Shown in pieces: positions 1-8,547 of a stretch of 64,000 nucleotides of DNA. Position 1 is the stretch's first letter. Every line of letters starts with the position of its first letter. The notes below the pieces were generated by a model, which saw nothing but the letters and a program-made list of their open reading frames with translations, made no database searches and had not been told where the DNA came from. This stretch comes from Verrucomicrobiia bacterium (GTDB lineage: Bacteria > Verrucomicrobiota > Verrucomicrobiia > JADLBR01). A program made the position numbers and the translations under genes. The DNA lies in assembly GCA_035387945.1 (NCBI GenBank), contig DAOOOX010000016.1, positions 25,918-89,917 of the forward strand, read 5' to 3'.

Positions 1-288
1 GGCGCCGGGCACGCGCTCGATCTGCGCCCAATAGGTGCGGGGGTGCGCGAACTCGGGCTCGAGCAATCGGTGGATCAGTGTGCCGTCATCAGTGAGGAGC
101 AAAAGTCCTTCGCTGTCGGCGTCGAGGCGCCCGGCGGCGTAGATGCCGCGCGGCAGGCCGAATCCGGCGAGGGTCCTTTGGCTGGCAGTCCCGGTGAACT
201 GACTCAGCACGCCGTATGGTTTATGGAAGGCGATGTAGCGGTGCCGGCCGCGCGGGCTGAGCCCGGGACGTGTCGCGCGGCCCCTCAC
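1..288 (-). CDS. pseudouridine synthase, RsuA/RluE-type (N-terminal part; runs off the window edge)
   Basis: Minus-strand translation reads VRGRATRPGLSPRGRHRYIAFHKPYGVLSQFTGTASQRTLAGFGLPRGIYAAGRLDADSEGLLLLTDDGTLIHRLLEPEFAHPRTYWAQIERVPGA. GRLDxDSEGLLLLT is the catalytic-Asp motif of this family. GTG 288-286 overlaps the TGA of the upstream gene (GTGA). It is absent from the ORF track because it has no stop in the window. Confidence 0.75.
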   Translation of the reverse strand, partial: MRGRATRPGLSPRGRHRYIAFHKPYGVLSQFTGTASQRTLAGFGLPRGIYAAGRLDADSEGLLLLTDDGTLIHRLLEPEFAHPRTYWAQIERVPGA

Positions 289-1559
289 GCCACGGGGCTC
301 CCGGCGCTGTCCCGCAGCGCGCGGAACAGGGCGAGCATGTTCTCAACGGGGGTGGGTCCCTGGATGTTGTGGATGGCATTGAACACACATCCGCCGCCCT
401 CGTTGAAGATGGCGACCCGTTCCATGACCTCGGCATGCACCTGGTCGGGGGTGCCGAATGGGAGTGTCTTCTGCGTGTCGATACCGCCTCCCCAGAAGAC
501 GAGATCCTTGCCGAACTGGCGCTTGAGGCGCGCGGGATCCATCTCGGCCGCGGAGCATTGGACGGGATTTAGGATATCGAAACCGGCGGCGATGAAGTCG
601 GGGATCAGCTGATACACCGAGCCACAGGAGTGGATAAATGTCTTCCACTTCGTCTTTCCGTGGATGAGGGCGTTGATGCGCCTGTGAAACGGGAGGAATA
701 GCTCGCGGTATGCCTCATTTGATATGAACGGGCCCCGCTGCGTGCCAAAATCCGTGCCCGTGATGAGCGCGGCATCGACGCTGTCGCCGAAGATGTTGAT
801 GAGCGTGTCGAGGTTCCGTTCAGCCACCGCGCACTGGCGCTCGAAGATCCCTAGGACGTAGTCCTTTCTTGCGACCGTGGATATATACCATTCCTCGATA
901 TCGCGGATCCCCTTCGGGTGTTTGAGGAAGGGCGCCGGGACAAGGGCGATGTCGCCAAAGGCGGTGCCGGGCACGATGAGGATCCGGCCGACGTCGGGAT
1001 TGCGGTCGAGCCAAGCGCGCTTTTCGCGATAATAGGCGATGTCCGCATCGGAGAGCGGACCAAATTCCTCGAGGTTGTCCTCGACGTTGAGGTTGTCATC
1101 GTCGATGGGTGGCTGACGGATGATCGAGTCGAAGAAATAGCCACCCCTGGGCATTCGGCCGCTCGGGGGGACCGATGTGTCTCCCTCCGGGTAGATGAGC
1201 AGATCCCCCGACGCGGGATCGGCGGTCGTGTTGAAAGCCCCCGGGACGAGCACCCCCGTGCCATCGAAAAGGGTGAACGGCTTCCAGTCTTTGCACTCGA
1301 TGCCAAATAGCGTCTTGCGAGGGGGGACTCCGATGATGTCGATGCCCAGCGCTTCGCGGAGCGCGCCATCGATTTCCCCGAGCATCTGGTAGGGCTCGCA
1401 GACCTTGACGCGCCACGATGGGTCGCCGAGCACGGCCCGGCGCAAGCGATCGACCGCCGCGACATGGATGCCGGTGACGAAAGTGCCGCCGAAATCCACG
1501 CACGGGCGATCGGGTTGCCGGTGCTCGAGAGTGGCCTGAAGTCGTTCGCGCGATGTCAT
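285..1559 (-). CDS. uroporphyrinogen decarboxylase (URO-D) family protein, MtaA-like
   Basis: 424-aa ORF with a URO-D-like layout: MTSRERLQATLEHRQPDRPCVDFGG at the N-terminus and IHSCGSVYQLIPDFIAAGFDILNPVQ plus VFNAIHNIQGPTPVENM near the C-terminus. Confidence 0.7.
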   Translation of the reverse strand: MTSRERLQATLEHRQPDRPCVDFGGTFVTGIHVAAVDRLRRAVLGDPSWRVKVCEPYQMLGEIDGALREALGIDIIGVPPRKTLFGIECKDWKPFTLFDGTGVLVPGAFNTTADPASGDLLIYPEGDTSVPPSGRMPRGGYFFDSIIRQPPIDDDNLNVEDNLEEFGPLSDADIAYYREKRAWLDRNPDVGRILIVPGTAFGDIALVPAPFLKHPKGIRDIEEWYISTVARKDYVLGIFERQCAVAERNLDTLINIFGDSVDAALITGTDFGTQRGPFISNEAYRELFLPFHRRINALIHGKTKWKTFIHSCGSVYQLIPDFIAAGFDILNPVQCSAAEMDPARLKRQFGKDLVFWGGGIDTQKTLPFGTPDQVHAEVMERVAIFNEGGGCVFNAIHNIQGPTPVENMLALFRALRDSAGSPVA

Positions 1560-1601
1560 TTTCGGGGACCTCCTTGGAATTCAGTATGGCGATGGGCGTT
1601 T

Positions 1602-4016
1602 TCAGGGTGTGTAGCTGAATGTCTCTCCGGCCTTGATGTTTGGGGTGACGGTCTTTTCGCCATATCGGATGGAGAAAGGTTTTCCGCGGAGGGAGCGAAT
1701 CTCGGCCGATGTCAGCTGGCCGTTTTTCCACTCGATATTGACCTCGAATGCGCCCCGTGCCCTGAGGCCATTGACATGCCCGGTGGGCCACGCGCCGGGG
1801 AGCGCGGGCAGCAGATCGAGGATGTAGCCCTTAGCATCGGGTGTGCGGCGATGGGATTGCAGGAGCATCTCGGCTATGCCTGCGGTGGCACCAAAATTCC
1901 CGTCGATTTGGAACGGCGGGTGGGCGTCGAACAGATTGGGGTACACGCCGCCGCGCCGATAGTCGGTGAGGCTGGAACCCGTCAGGCGCAAGAGGTAGCC
2001 GAGGACTTTGTGGGCGCGGTCACCGTCTTTAAGGCGGGCCCAGAGGTTGATTTTCCAAGCCATCGACCAGCCGGTGCTTTCGTCGGTGCGCAGGTCGAGG
2101 GATCGTCGGACGGCGAGGGCCAGGGCGGAGGTTTCCTCCGGCGTGATGTCGTGCCCCGGGAATGTGCCGATGAGGTGCGACATGTGACGATGGTGCGGCT
2201 CGGGTTCATCGAAATCCAGATGCCATTCCTGAAGTTGCCCGCGACCGCCAATCCGGTAAGGGGGAAGTTTCGCCCGGGCTTCGGTGATCTGTTTCCGGAA
2301 GTCGGCGTCGATGCCGAGGGTCTCCGACGCCTCGATGCAGTTGGCGAACAGGTCGCGGATCAGCGCGATGTCCTGCGTCGTGGCCATCGCCACTTCCGCG
2401 ATCTTGCCATCCGGCGTCCGGAACTTGTTTTCTGTCGAGGAGGAAGGCGAGGTGAGCAGATGGCCTTTGCCATCGGGAACGAGCCAGTCGAGGCAGAATT
2501 CGGCGGCGCCCCTCATGAGGGGATAGGCGAATGCGCGGAGGTAATTCTGATCTTGGCCGAAGGCGTAATGCTCCCAGATGTCCATGCAATGCCAGACGCC
2601 GCCCATCGCCCAGTTGGCCCATGTGGGGGAGCCCTTGCCGAAATTGCCCACCGGGGCGGAATGGCGCCAGATGTCGGCGTTGTGGTGGGCGACCCAGCCC
2701 CGCGTGCCATAGTTGACCCGCGCGGTCTCGCGGCCGTTTGCCGCGAGGTCGCGGATGAACTGGAGCATGGGCATGTGGCACTCGGCGAGATTGCAGTTTT
2801 CCGAGGGCCAATAGTTCATCTCGCTGTTGATGTTGAGGGTCCAGTTGGAACTCCACGGCGGGCGCATCTCATCATTCCAGATGCCCTGCAAATTGGCGGG
2901 CTGCGTGCCGAGGCGAGAACTGGCGATGAGGAGATATCGGCCATATTGGAATGCCAGGGCTACGAGGCCGGGGTCACCGGTCTCCGCATAGCGCAGCACG
3001 CGCCGGTCGGTTGGCATGTCTTCCGGGGGCGCGCCAAGGTTTAGGGTCACGCGCCGAAACAGCCTGCGGTGATCCGCTATGTGATCCGCCAGGAATTGGT
3101 CCCAAGATTTGACGGCGGCGACCGCCACCTTGCTTCTCGGCACGGCGTCCGCGTCGAGCCCCTCGCGACCGGGCGACTTGTCATAGCCGTTGAAACTGGT
3201 GTCGGCGGCAAGCAGCAGGACCGCACGATCGGAACCCTCGACGCGCAGTTTCCCGTCGGGCGTGACGCTCGCGCGGCCACCGCTCGTGACGGCCCTGAGA
3301 TGCACGGCGAAACGCATACCCTCGCCGCCGGGTTCCTCCGCATAGATGATCGCGTTGGTGGAATCCCTCAGGTAGTTCGGATCGACATGTGCGGGGCATC
3401 GGCCGCGCATGGCGACGTGGTCGGGGCCGACGTTCGTGATCGAATAGCGAAGCTGGCTATCTAGCGCGGCGGTAAAGGTGATGCGCCCCGGCGTGTCGGC
3501 GGCGAGGGACAGGATGATCATCTGTTGCGGATGACTGGCGATGACCTCGCGGGTGAAAGTGGTGTCGCCGACCCTGAAGCGCGTTGAGGCGATGGCGCGG
3601 TCGAGATCGAGCTCTCGGCGGTAGTCGGTGGCCGTGCCGGGCAGGTCGAAGGTGATCCGCAGGTTGCCCAGCGGCTGGTAGGACTCATTGTAGGGCCCCT
3701 GCATCTTCCTGCACAATTCGCCGGCCTCGACGTATTGGCCGGCGAAGATGGCCTCGCGGACCTTGGGCAACCAGTTCTTGGCGTCGGGGTTATTCCAGTC
3801 CCTCGGCCCACCAGACCAGAGGGTGTCCTCGTTGAGCTGAAGACGCTCTTCCCGGATACCGCCGAACACCATGGCTCCCATGGTTCCATTGCCGATGGGG
3901 AGGGCCTCCACCCAGTTGCTCGCCGGGGTCGGGTACCAGAGAACGTAAGGCGATGTCTCGGAGGCGCAGGCCGCAAGGGCGAGGGGCACGATGGCTAGGA
4001 TGGCACGAATGCGCAT
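1602..4016 (-). CDS. glycoside hydrolase family 95 (alpha-L-fucosidase-like), lipoprotein signal
   Basis: 804 aa. The N-terminus [48 protein letters not shown] is the signature GH95 N-terminal domain. The LALAAC motif indicates a lipoprotein signal. Confidence 0.9.
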   Translation of the reverse strand: MRIRAILAIVPLALAACASETSPYVLWYPTPASNWVEALPIGNGTMGAMVFGGIREERLQLNEDTLWSGGPRDWNNPDAKNWLPKVREAIFAGQYVEAGELCRKMQGPYNESYQPLGNLRITFDLPGTATDYRRELDLDRAIASTRFRVGDTTFTREVIASHPQQMIILSLAADTPGRITFTAALDSQLRYSITNVGPDHVAMRGRCPAHVDPNYLRDSTNAIIYAEEPGGEGMRFAVHLRAVTSGGRASVTPDGKLRVEGSDRAVLLLAADTSFNGYDKSPGREGLDADAVPRSKVAVAAVKSWDQFLADHIADHRRLFRRVTLNLGAPPEDMPTDRRVLRYAETGDPGLVALAFQYGRYLLIASSRLGTQPANLQGIWNDEMRPPWSSNWTLNINSEMNYWPSENCNLAECHMPMLQFIRDLAANGRETARVNYGTRGWVAHHNADIWRHSAPVGNFGKGSPTWANWAMGGVWHCMDIWEHYAFGQDQNYLRAFAYPLMRGAAEFCLDWLVPDGKGHLLTSPSSSTENKFRTPDGKIAEVAMATTQDIALIRDLFANCIEASETLGIDADFRKQITEARAKLPPYRIGGRGQLQEWHLDFDEPEPHHRHMSHLIGTFPGHDITPEETSALALAVRRSLDLRTDESTGWSMAWKINLWARLKDGDRAHKVLGYLLRLTGSSLTDYRRGGVYPNLFDAHPPFQIDGNFGATAGIAEMLLQSHRRTPDAKGYILDLLPALPGAWPTGHVNGLRARGAFEVNIEWKNGQLTSAEIRSLRGKPFSIRYGEKTVTPNIKAGETFSYTP

Positions 4017-4087
4017 GTCAGAATGACACGCGCAGGAGTCGGACCTTGCAAGTCTGGAGTCGGGGCGCGTTCGATGAACGATCGTCG

Positions 4088-4113
4088 CTCACGGAGACGC
4101 GGAGAACACGGAG
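4088..4113. repeat. short intergenic repeat CTCACGGAGAYGCGGAGAACACG, copy 1
   Basis: ctcacggagacgcggagaacacggag recurs at 4963-4988 with two differences. The two copies flank the 4291-4887 gene. Confidence 0.6.
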
Positions 4114-4290
4114 ATGGCAAATACCCTGCGTCTCTCTAAGAGAAGAATTTTTTGTCCAGGAATCTGTCGATCTCTATCCGGCGGATTCCTATGAAATTCG
4201 GTGGAATCCAGAGGACACCTCTGGTAGACGATTTCCATGCTTGGAAGATGTGGTGCCCAATGTGAATCGCGCAAAACCCCTGTCTGCCGG

Positions 4291-4887
4291 ATGGCCGACC
4301 GACGCATCACGGCGCTCCGTCGCCCCTGGAGTCTTTCGCTGGGCCTGATGCTCGCGATCGTCGGCTCCAGAGCGACGCACGCCGAACTGCTCAAGAATAC
4401 GGATTTCGGAAGCGGAAAGTCGCATTGGAAGGGCGGCGGCCAAGTCGTGTTCGTGAAACCGGACGGCACCGAAGGCGCCGCGTCAGATCCCGGAGCGGTC
4501 CGTGCCTTGCGGATTTCCCTAAAGAACAAGGAACCCCAGAGCGTTTATCAGGAGTTCCCGACAAAGGACCGGCCCAAGACACTCAAGGTCACCGTCCAGT
4601 ACATGGCTTCTCCCAATTTCAAACGCACCGAGGACGAAAGCCTGTATTCCATCTCGTGGACGTCGGGCACTTATTTTTGGTCGGCCGTTGTCGTCCCACA
4701 TGCTGACTTCTGGGTCCGTGTTTCCCCCGGCTGGCTTTACCGGATCGGCGGTCAAGCCTCAGCCACCTGGCAGACCCTTCAGGGTGTCTGGAATGACGCC
4801 CTACCCGTCGAGGAACGCGCGATCCATTTCTGCGTCCCCGCCGGCGAAGGCAGCCTCTACATCAAGGACCCTGTCGTCACTCCCTGA
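4291..4887 (+). CDS. secreted hypothetical protein (possible carbohydrate-binding jelly-roll)
   Basis: In-frame ATG 4291 gives MADRRITALRRPWSLSLGLMLAIVGSRATHA, a signal peptide. This is followed by ELLKNTDFGSGKSHWKG, reminiscent of CBM4/9-type N-termini. No family was firmly recognised. Confidence 0.55.
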   Translation: MADRRITALRRPWSLSLGLMLAIVGSRATHAELLKNTDFGSGKSHWKGGGQVVFVKPDGTEGAASDPGAVRALRISLKNKEPQSVYQEFPTKDRPKTLKVTVQYMASPNFKRTEDESLYSISWTSGTYFWSAVVVPHADFWVRVSPGWLYRIGGQASATWQTLQGVWNDALPVEERAIHFCVPAGEGSLYIKDPVVTP

Positions 4888-4962
4888 GCGCCGTCCGTCC
4901 GAAACAGGCCACAAAAATAGCAACGGCTTCCGCCAAGGCGGGCGCTCGAAGAATAACTATCC

Positions 4963-5027
4963 CTCACGGAGATGCGGAGAACACGTAGGACGGGAAACAC
5001 TCCGTGCCCTCCGTGGCTCTGTGAGGA
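4963..5027. repeat. short intergenic repeat, copy 2, with extended hairpin
   Basis: ctcacggagatgcggagaacacgtag is followed by cgggaaacactccgtgccctccgtggctctgtgagg. cctcac and gtgagg pair. Confidence 0.55.
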
Positions 5028-5439
5028 AGATAGGCCAGAAACACGCGAAGCGTCGTGGAGTGCGGCGGCCCGCCGCCGCTTTTCCGATCGCCACAAAAAA
5101 CGCGATTCGCAGCAAGACCCATAACGCCGGCGGCAGTGGCCAGCATGTCGGGGGACGGCATCGATTGGGCGGCGCGCTCGGTATCCGAATGCCGCCTGAC
5201 ACGGGCGGCGCATGGCGTTCGCCTTTCCTTGCGGCGTCTCACAGAATCGCCCTGCAAGAACATGGGCACGCCATGCGGGCATCCTGGGGAGGGCCCGGGG
5301 CCTCGCGGGCCGGGTTGGCCCAGATGTGGCGCGGCTGGTGAATCGCGGACGCCGGGGCCGGCGTCCCTCCCGGCATGGACCTTGCGCGAGACACAGGGCC
5401 GTGCTGCGAATTTCCGATGGGTGTGTATAGTCAGGACGT

Positions 5440-6843
5440 ATGTCGAGACAATTGGTTGCGGCGATCTTTGGCACGGGGCTGATTGCGTGCGTTGCCCGCG
5501 GGGCAGATCCCGCGCCATTCGATCGTCTGACCTTTCACGCTGCGCCGAAACCGCTGGCGGAAGGTGCGGCGACATCCGACTGGCCGCGGTTCCTGGGGCC
5601 GACGGATAACGCGCGATCGCCAGAGACGAAATTGCTGAAAGCCTTCCCGCCCGGCGGACCGACCAGAGTGTGGGAGGTGGCAAAGGGGGAGGGTTATGCA
5701 TCGCCAGCCATTGCGGCTGCGCGGCTGGTGCTCTTTCACCGCTTGGACGGCCAGGAGACCGTAGAGTGCCTCGATGCGGAGACAGGGCGGCGTTTTTGGC
5801 GATTCGCTTATCCGGTGCAGTACGAGGACCGTTTCAATTACAGCGCCGGTCCCCGGAACAGTCCGGTGATTTCAGATGGCAGAGTGTACACGTTCGGCGT
5901 GACGGGTGTGCTCCATTGTCTCGATCTGGGGAATGGTTCGCTGGTGTGGAAGCGGGATGTGCGGGTCGATTATGGCGTGCCGGAGAGCTTCTTTGGCCTG
6001 GGATCGTCGCCGCTGGCCTACGGAAAACTTCTGGTCCTGAACGCCGGGGGCTCGCAACGGCGGTCTGTCATCGCGTTTGATCGGACCGATGGCAAAGAGG
6101 TTTGGTGCGCGGAGAGCGAATGGGGAAACAGCTATGCGTCGCCGATCGTGGCACGCTTGCACGGCGCGGATAGAATCATGGTGTTTGCGGGGGCCGAGAG
6201 CGATCCACCGACCGGCGGCCTGTTATGCATCGATCCTGGCACGGGCCACGTGGACAGCGCTTTCCCGTGGCGCGCGAAGATCGTCTATTCCGTCAATGCG
6301 TCCACGCCGGTGGCCGTCGGAGAGGACGCCGTCTTCATTTCCGAATCGTACACGCAGGGAGGAACACTCGTCCGGTTTTCGCCAAAATTCGAGCCCGGGC
6401 CGATCTGGACCAACAAGAAGTTCGGCATGCATTTCATCACGCCGGTCCTCAGGGACGGCCACCTTTACGGGATCGATGGCCAGCATCAGGGCGAGGCGAG
6501 GCTCGCCTGCGTGGATGCGGCCACTGGCGGGGAGCGCTGGCACGATCCGTTGAACTGGGAGATCGAACTTGGTGGAGAGCGTAAGCGGATCGGGGTGTGT
6601 CGCGGGAACCTGATACTGGCTGACGGCGCCTTCCTGTGCCTCGGGGAGTTTGGGAGCCTGCTCTGGCTGGATCTGTCGCCGTCGGGCTGCCGGGTTATCA
6701 GTCGCGCGCAACCATTCCTTGCGGCCCAGTCGTGGGCGCCGCCTGCCATCAGCCGCGGGTTGCTCTATCTCGCGCAAAATTCGCGGGACGTGTTAAGCGG
6801 GGCGGAACCAAGGCTCATCTGCTATGACGTGCGAGGCCCGTGA
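5440..6843 (+). CDS. PQQ-like beta-propeller repeat protein (BamB-like fold), secreted
   Basis: 467 aa with a signal peptide. It has repeated propeller blades of the type DGRVYTFGVTGVLHCLDLGNGSLVWKR and RLACVDAATGGERWH. Confidence 0.8.
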   Translation: MSRQLVAAIFGTGLIACVARGADPAPFDRLTFHAAPKPLAEGAATSDWPRFLGPTDNARSPETKLLKAFPPGGPTRVWEVAKGEGYASPAIAAARLVLFHRLDGQETVECLDAETGRRFWRFAYPVQYEDRFNYSAGPRNSPVISDGRVYTFGVTGVLHCLDLGNGSLVWKRDVRVDYGVPESFFGLGSSPLAYGKLLVLNAGGSQRRSVIAFDRTDGKEVWCAESEWGNSYASPIVARLHGADRIMVFAGAESDPPTGGLLCIDPGTGHVDSAFPWRAKIVYSVNASTPVAVGEDAVFISESYTQGGTLVRFSPKFEPGPIWTNKKFGMHFITPVLRDGHLYGIDGQHQGEARLACVDAATGGERWHDPLNWEIELGGERKRIGVCRGNLILADGAFLCLGEFGSLLWLDLSPSGCRVISRAQPFLAAQSWAPPAISRGLLYLAQNSRDVLSGAEPRLICYDVRGP

Positions 6844-6924
6844 CTTGGCTTGGCCCGGATATCTCACGGCTACGGAGATCCTCAGGCTGGATTCCATCCG
6901 GCGGCTGCCGGACCACGGGGGGTG

Positions 6925-7013
6925 ACAATGGGACGTAGGAGCGCGCTTGCGCGCGATTCGAATCGCCTGCAAGCAGGCTTCTGCGATTCGGTGTCTGAGT
7001 TTTCGAGTCAGTT
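6925..7013 (-). repeat. two-armed REP doublet (REPIN-like), copy 1, inverted relative to copies 2-4
   Basis: The plus strand reads cGTAGGAGCGCGCTTGCGCGCGATTCgaatcgcctgcaagcaggcttctgcgattcggtgtctgagttttcgagtcag. This is the reverse complement of the elements at 47266, 54679 and 58871. Confidence 0.85.
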
Positions 7014-7577
7014 CAATGTGACTGTCGGCGCCTGCGTGACGGCGGGTTCCACTTCGAAGAAGCCCTCGGGGCCGAAGCCGAATGCCGAGGCGACGAGGTT
7101 GGAGGGGAAAGTCTCGCGGCGGTTGCTGTAATCGCGGACATTGCCGTTGTAGAAGCGCCGGGCGGCCTGGATGCGATCTTCGGTATTCACGAGCTCGCGC
7201 TGAAGTTCCAGGAAGTGCCCGTCTGCCTTGAGATCGGGGTAATTCTCCACGACGGCGAGGAGTCGCTGGATGGCGCCGACGAGTTCGCGTTCCTCGCGGG
7301 CCTGGTCGACCACGGGGCCGGTCTGTGCGACGCAGCGGGCGCGGAGTTCGGTGACGCGTTCAAGCACCTCGCGTTCATGGGCGGCATAACCCTTGACCGT
7401 CTGGACGAGGTTGGGGATGAGTTCGTATCGGCGTTTCAGCTCGGTGTCGATGTTGCTCCACGACTCGCGGATGTGATTCCGGAGGGACACGAGCCCATTG
7501 TATTGAAGGATCACCCACAGGGCGAGGATCAGGAGCGCCGCGATCGGGACGATGGCCAGGATCGATAACTCATGCAT
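7008..7577 (-). CDS. lemA: LemA family protein
   Basis: 189 aa with an N-terminal TM helix, then QYNGLVSLRNHIRESWSNIDTELKRRYELIPNLVQTVKGYAAHEREVLERVTELRA, the classic LemA core. Confidence 0.9.
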   Translation of the reverse strand: MHELSILAIVPIAALLILALWVILQYNGLVSLRNHIRESWSNIDTELKRRYELIPNLVQTVKGYAAHEREVLERVTELRARCVAQTGPVVDQAREERELVGAIQRLLAVVENYPDLKADGHFLELQRELVNTEDRIQAARRFYNGNVRDYSNRRETFPSNLVASAFGFGPEGFFEVEPAVTQAPTVTLN

Positions 7578-8262
7578 GGTTCTGGGTCTCCGAGAAGAGG
7601 TAGTTGGGCATCAGGTCGCGGATGGCGGCAATGAGATCCAAGCCGGCCTCGATGGCGTCGGGTTGGAGGCGGCCCGTGGACCACGTGGCAAGAGCGTCTC
7701 CCTCGATCTCGATCTGGAGATCGCGGTGCGCGAGGAGGAATTCCATCATGCGGGGATGGCAGATGTCGTACGCGAATTTCCGGTCCTTGGAGCGCACGAC
7801 GAAGGCCCGCGAGAATTCAGCCGATTCGAAGTCGATGTCCTCCCAGCCTAGGGCCTGGGCAATTTTGGAACCGAGGTTTTCCGGGACGATGCGCACTTCG
7901 GGGCATGGTTGGGGCAATGCGAGCGAGAAAACCGGATGGTGGTAGTGCGTGGTCTGGGTGGTCTTGCCGTTGCTGGTTGTAACCTGATAGTGGTAATCAA
8001 ACAGCAGGACCTGATGATTTCGCCAAGTGCCGGCGACGGCGTTCTGAGCGTACCGGTTCGATCCATGATCCAGCGCGTCGATCCACTGAAAGCGGCCGGC
8101 CAGTTCGTAATCGCGGTCGGGGGCAAACGAGAGGCCGAGGCGTGACGCGGTGGCGGCCAGCGCATCTCGGCGCTTGCGTTCGGTGATGTGCGCGTAGATC
8201 CCGAGCCCAATGACCAGCGCCGCGAAGACGATGAACAGCAGAATGGGAACGACGAAATCCAT
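7570..8262 (-). CDS. membrane-anchored hypothetical protein, DUF3137-like LemA partner
   Basis: 230 aa with a single N-terminal TM helix. Its stop overlaps the lemA start by 8 nt. The pattern FAPDRDYELAGRF...NHQVLLFDYHY...HPVFSLALP...IDFESAEFSRAFVVRSKD resembles DUF3137. This assignment is from memory, not from a search. Confidence 0.6.
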   Translation of the reverse strand: MDFVVPILLFIVFAALVIGLGIYAHITERKRRDALAATASRLGLSFAPDRDYELAGRFQWIDALDHGSNRYAQNAVAGTWRNHQVLLFDYHYQVTTSNGKTTQTTHYHHPVFSLALPQPCPEVRIVPENLGSKIAQALGWEDIDFESAEFSRAFVVRSKDRKFAYDICHPRMMEFLLAHRDLQIEIEGDALATWSTGRLQPDAIEAGLDLIAAIRDLMPNYLFSETQNHA

Positions 8263-8547
8263 AGACTAGATAGAGCAGTTCACCCGCGGATGGAGGACCT
8301 GTCCGCCTGGGGCGGGCCGATGAACACGGATCATCAGCGCGTTCGGTCCGGCGATCATCTCGCCCTCCGAGTGAAGAGGAATCGGGCTCCAAAATCCGCG
8401 TGCATCCGTGTAAATCCGTGGTGTAGGAGATTTCTGCTCCGGTCCAACTGCCGAATCTAGGTTCAAGGTGGGATGCGGAACGCGGATGTAAATGTCATTT
8501 GGCGTGCGGCGTGTTGGTTTGTTCCAGCGCGACGACGCGGCGCTTGG

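Noticed and set aside
1464-3044. 526-aa plus-strand ORF opposite the GH95 gene
   Set aside because: It has no recognisable domain and a Gly/Arg/Ala/Glu-rich composition typical of antisense shadow ORFs in high-GC DNA. The minus strand carries an unmistakable GH95 sequence.
8263-8547. Imperfect repeat-like motifs (atccgcgtgcatccgtgtaaatccgtgg and ggatgcggaacgcggatgtaaat) between the LemA partner gene and the large propeller gene
   Set aside because: The similarity is short and neither cleanly direct nor inverted. No second copy was seen in the window, which is insufficient to call an element.
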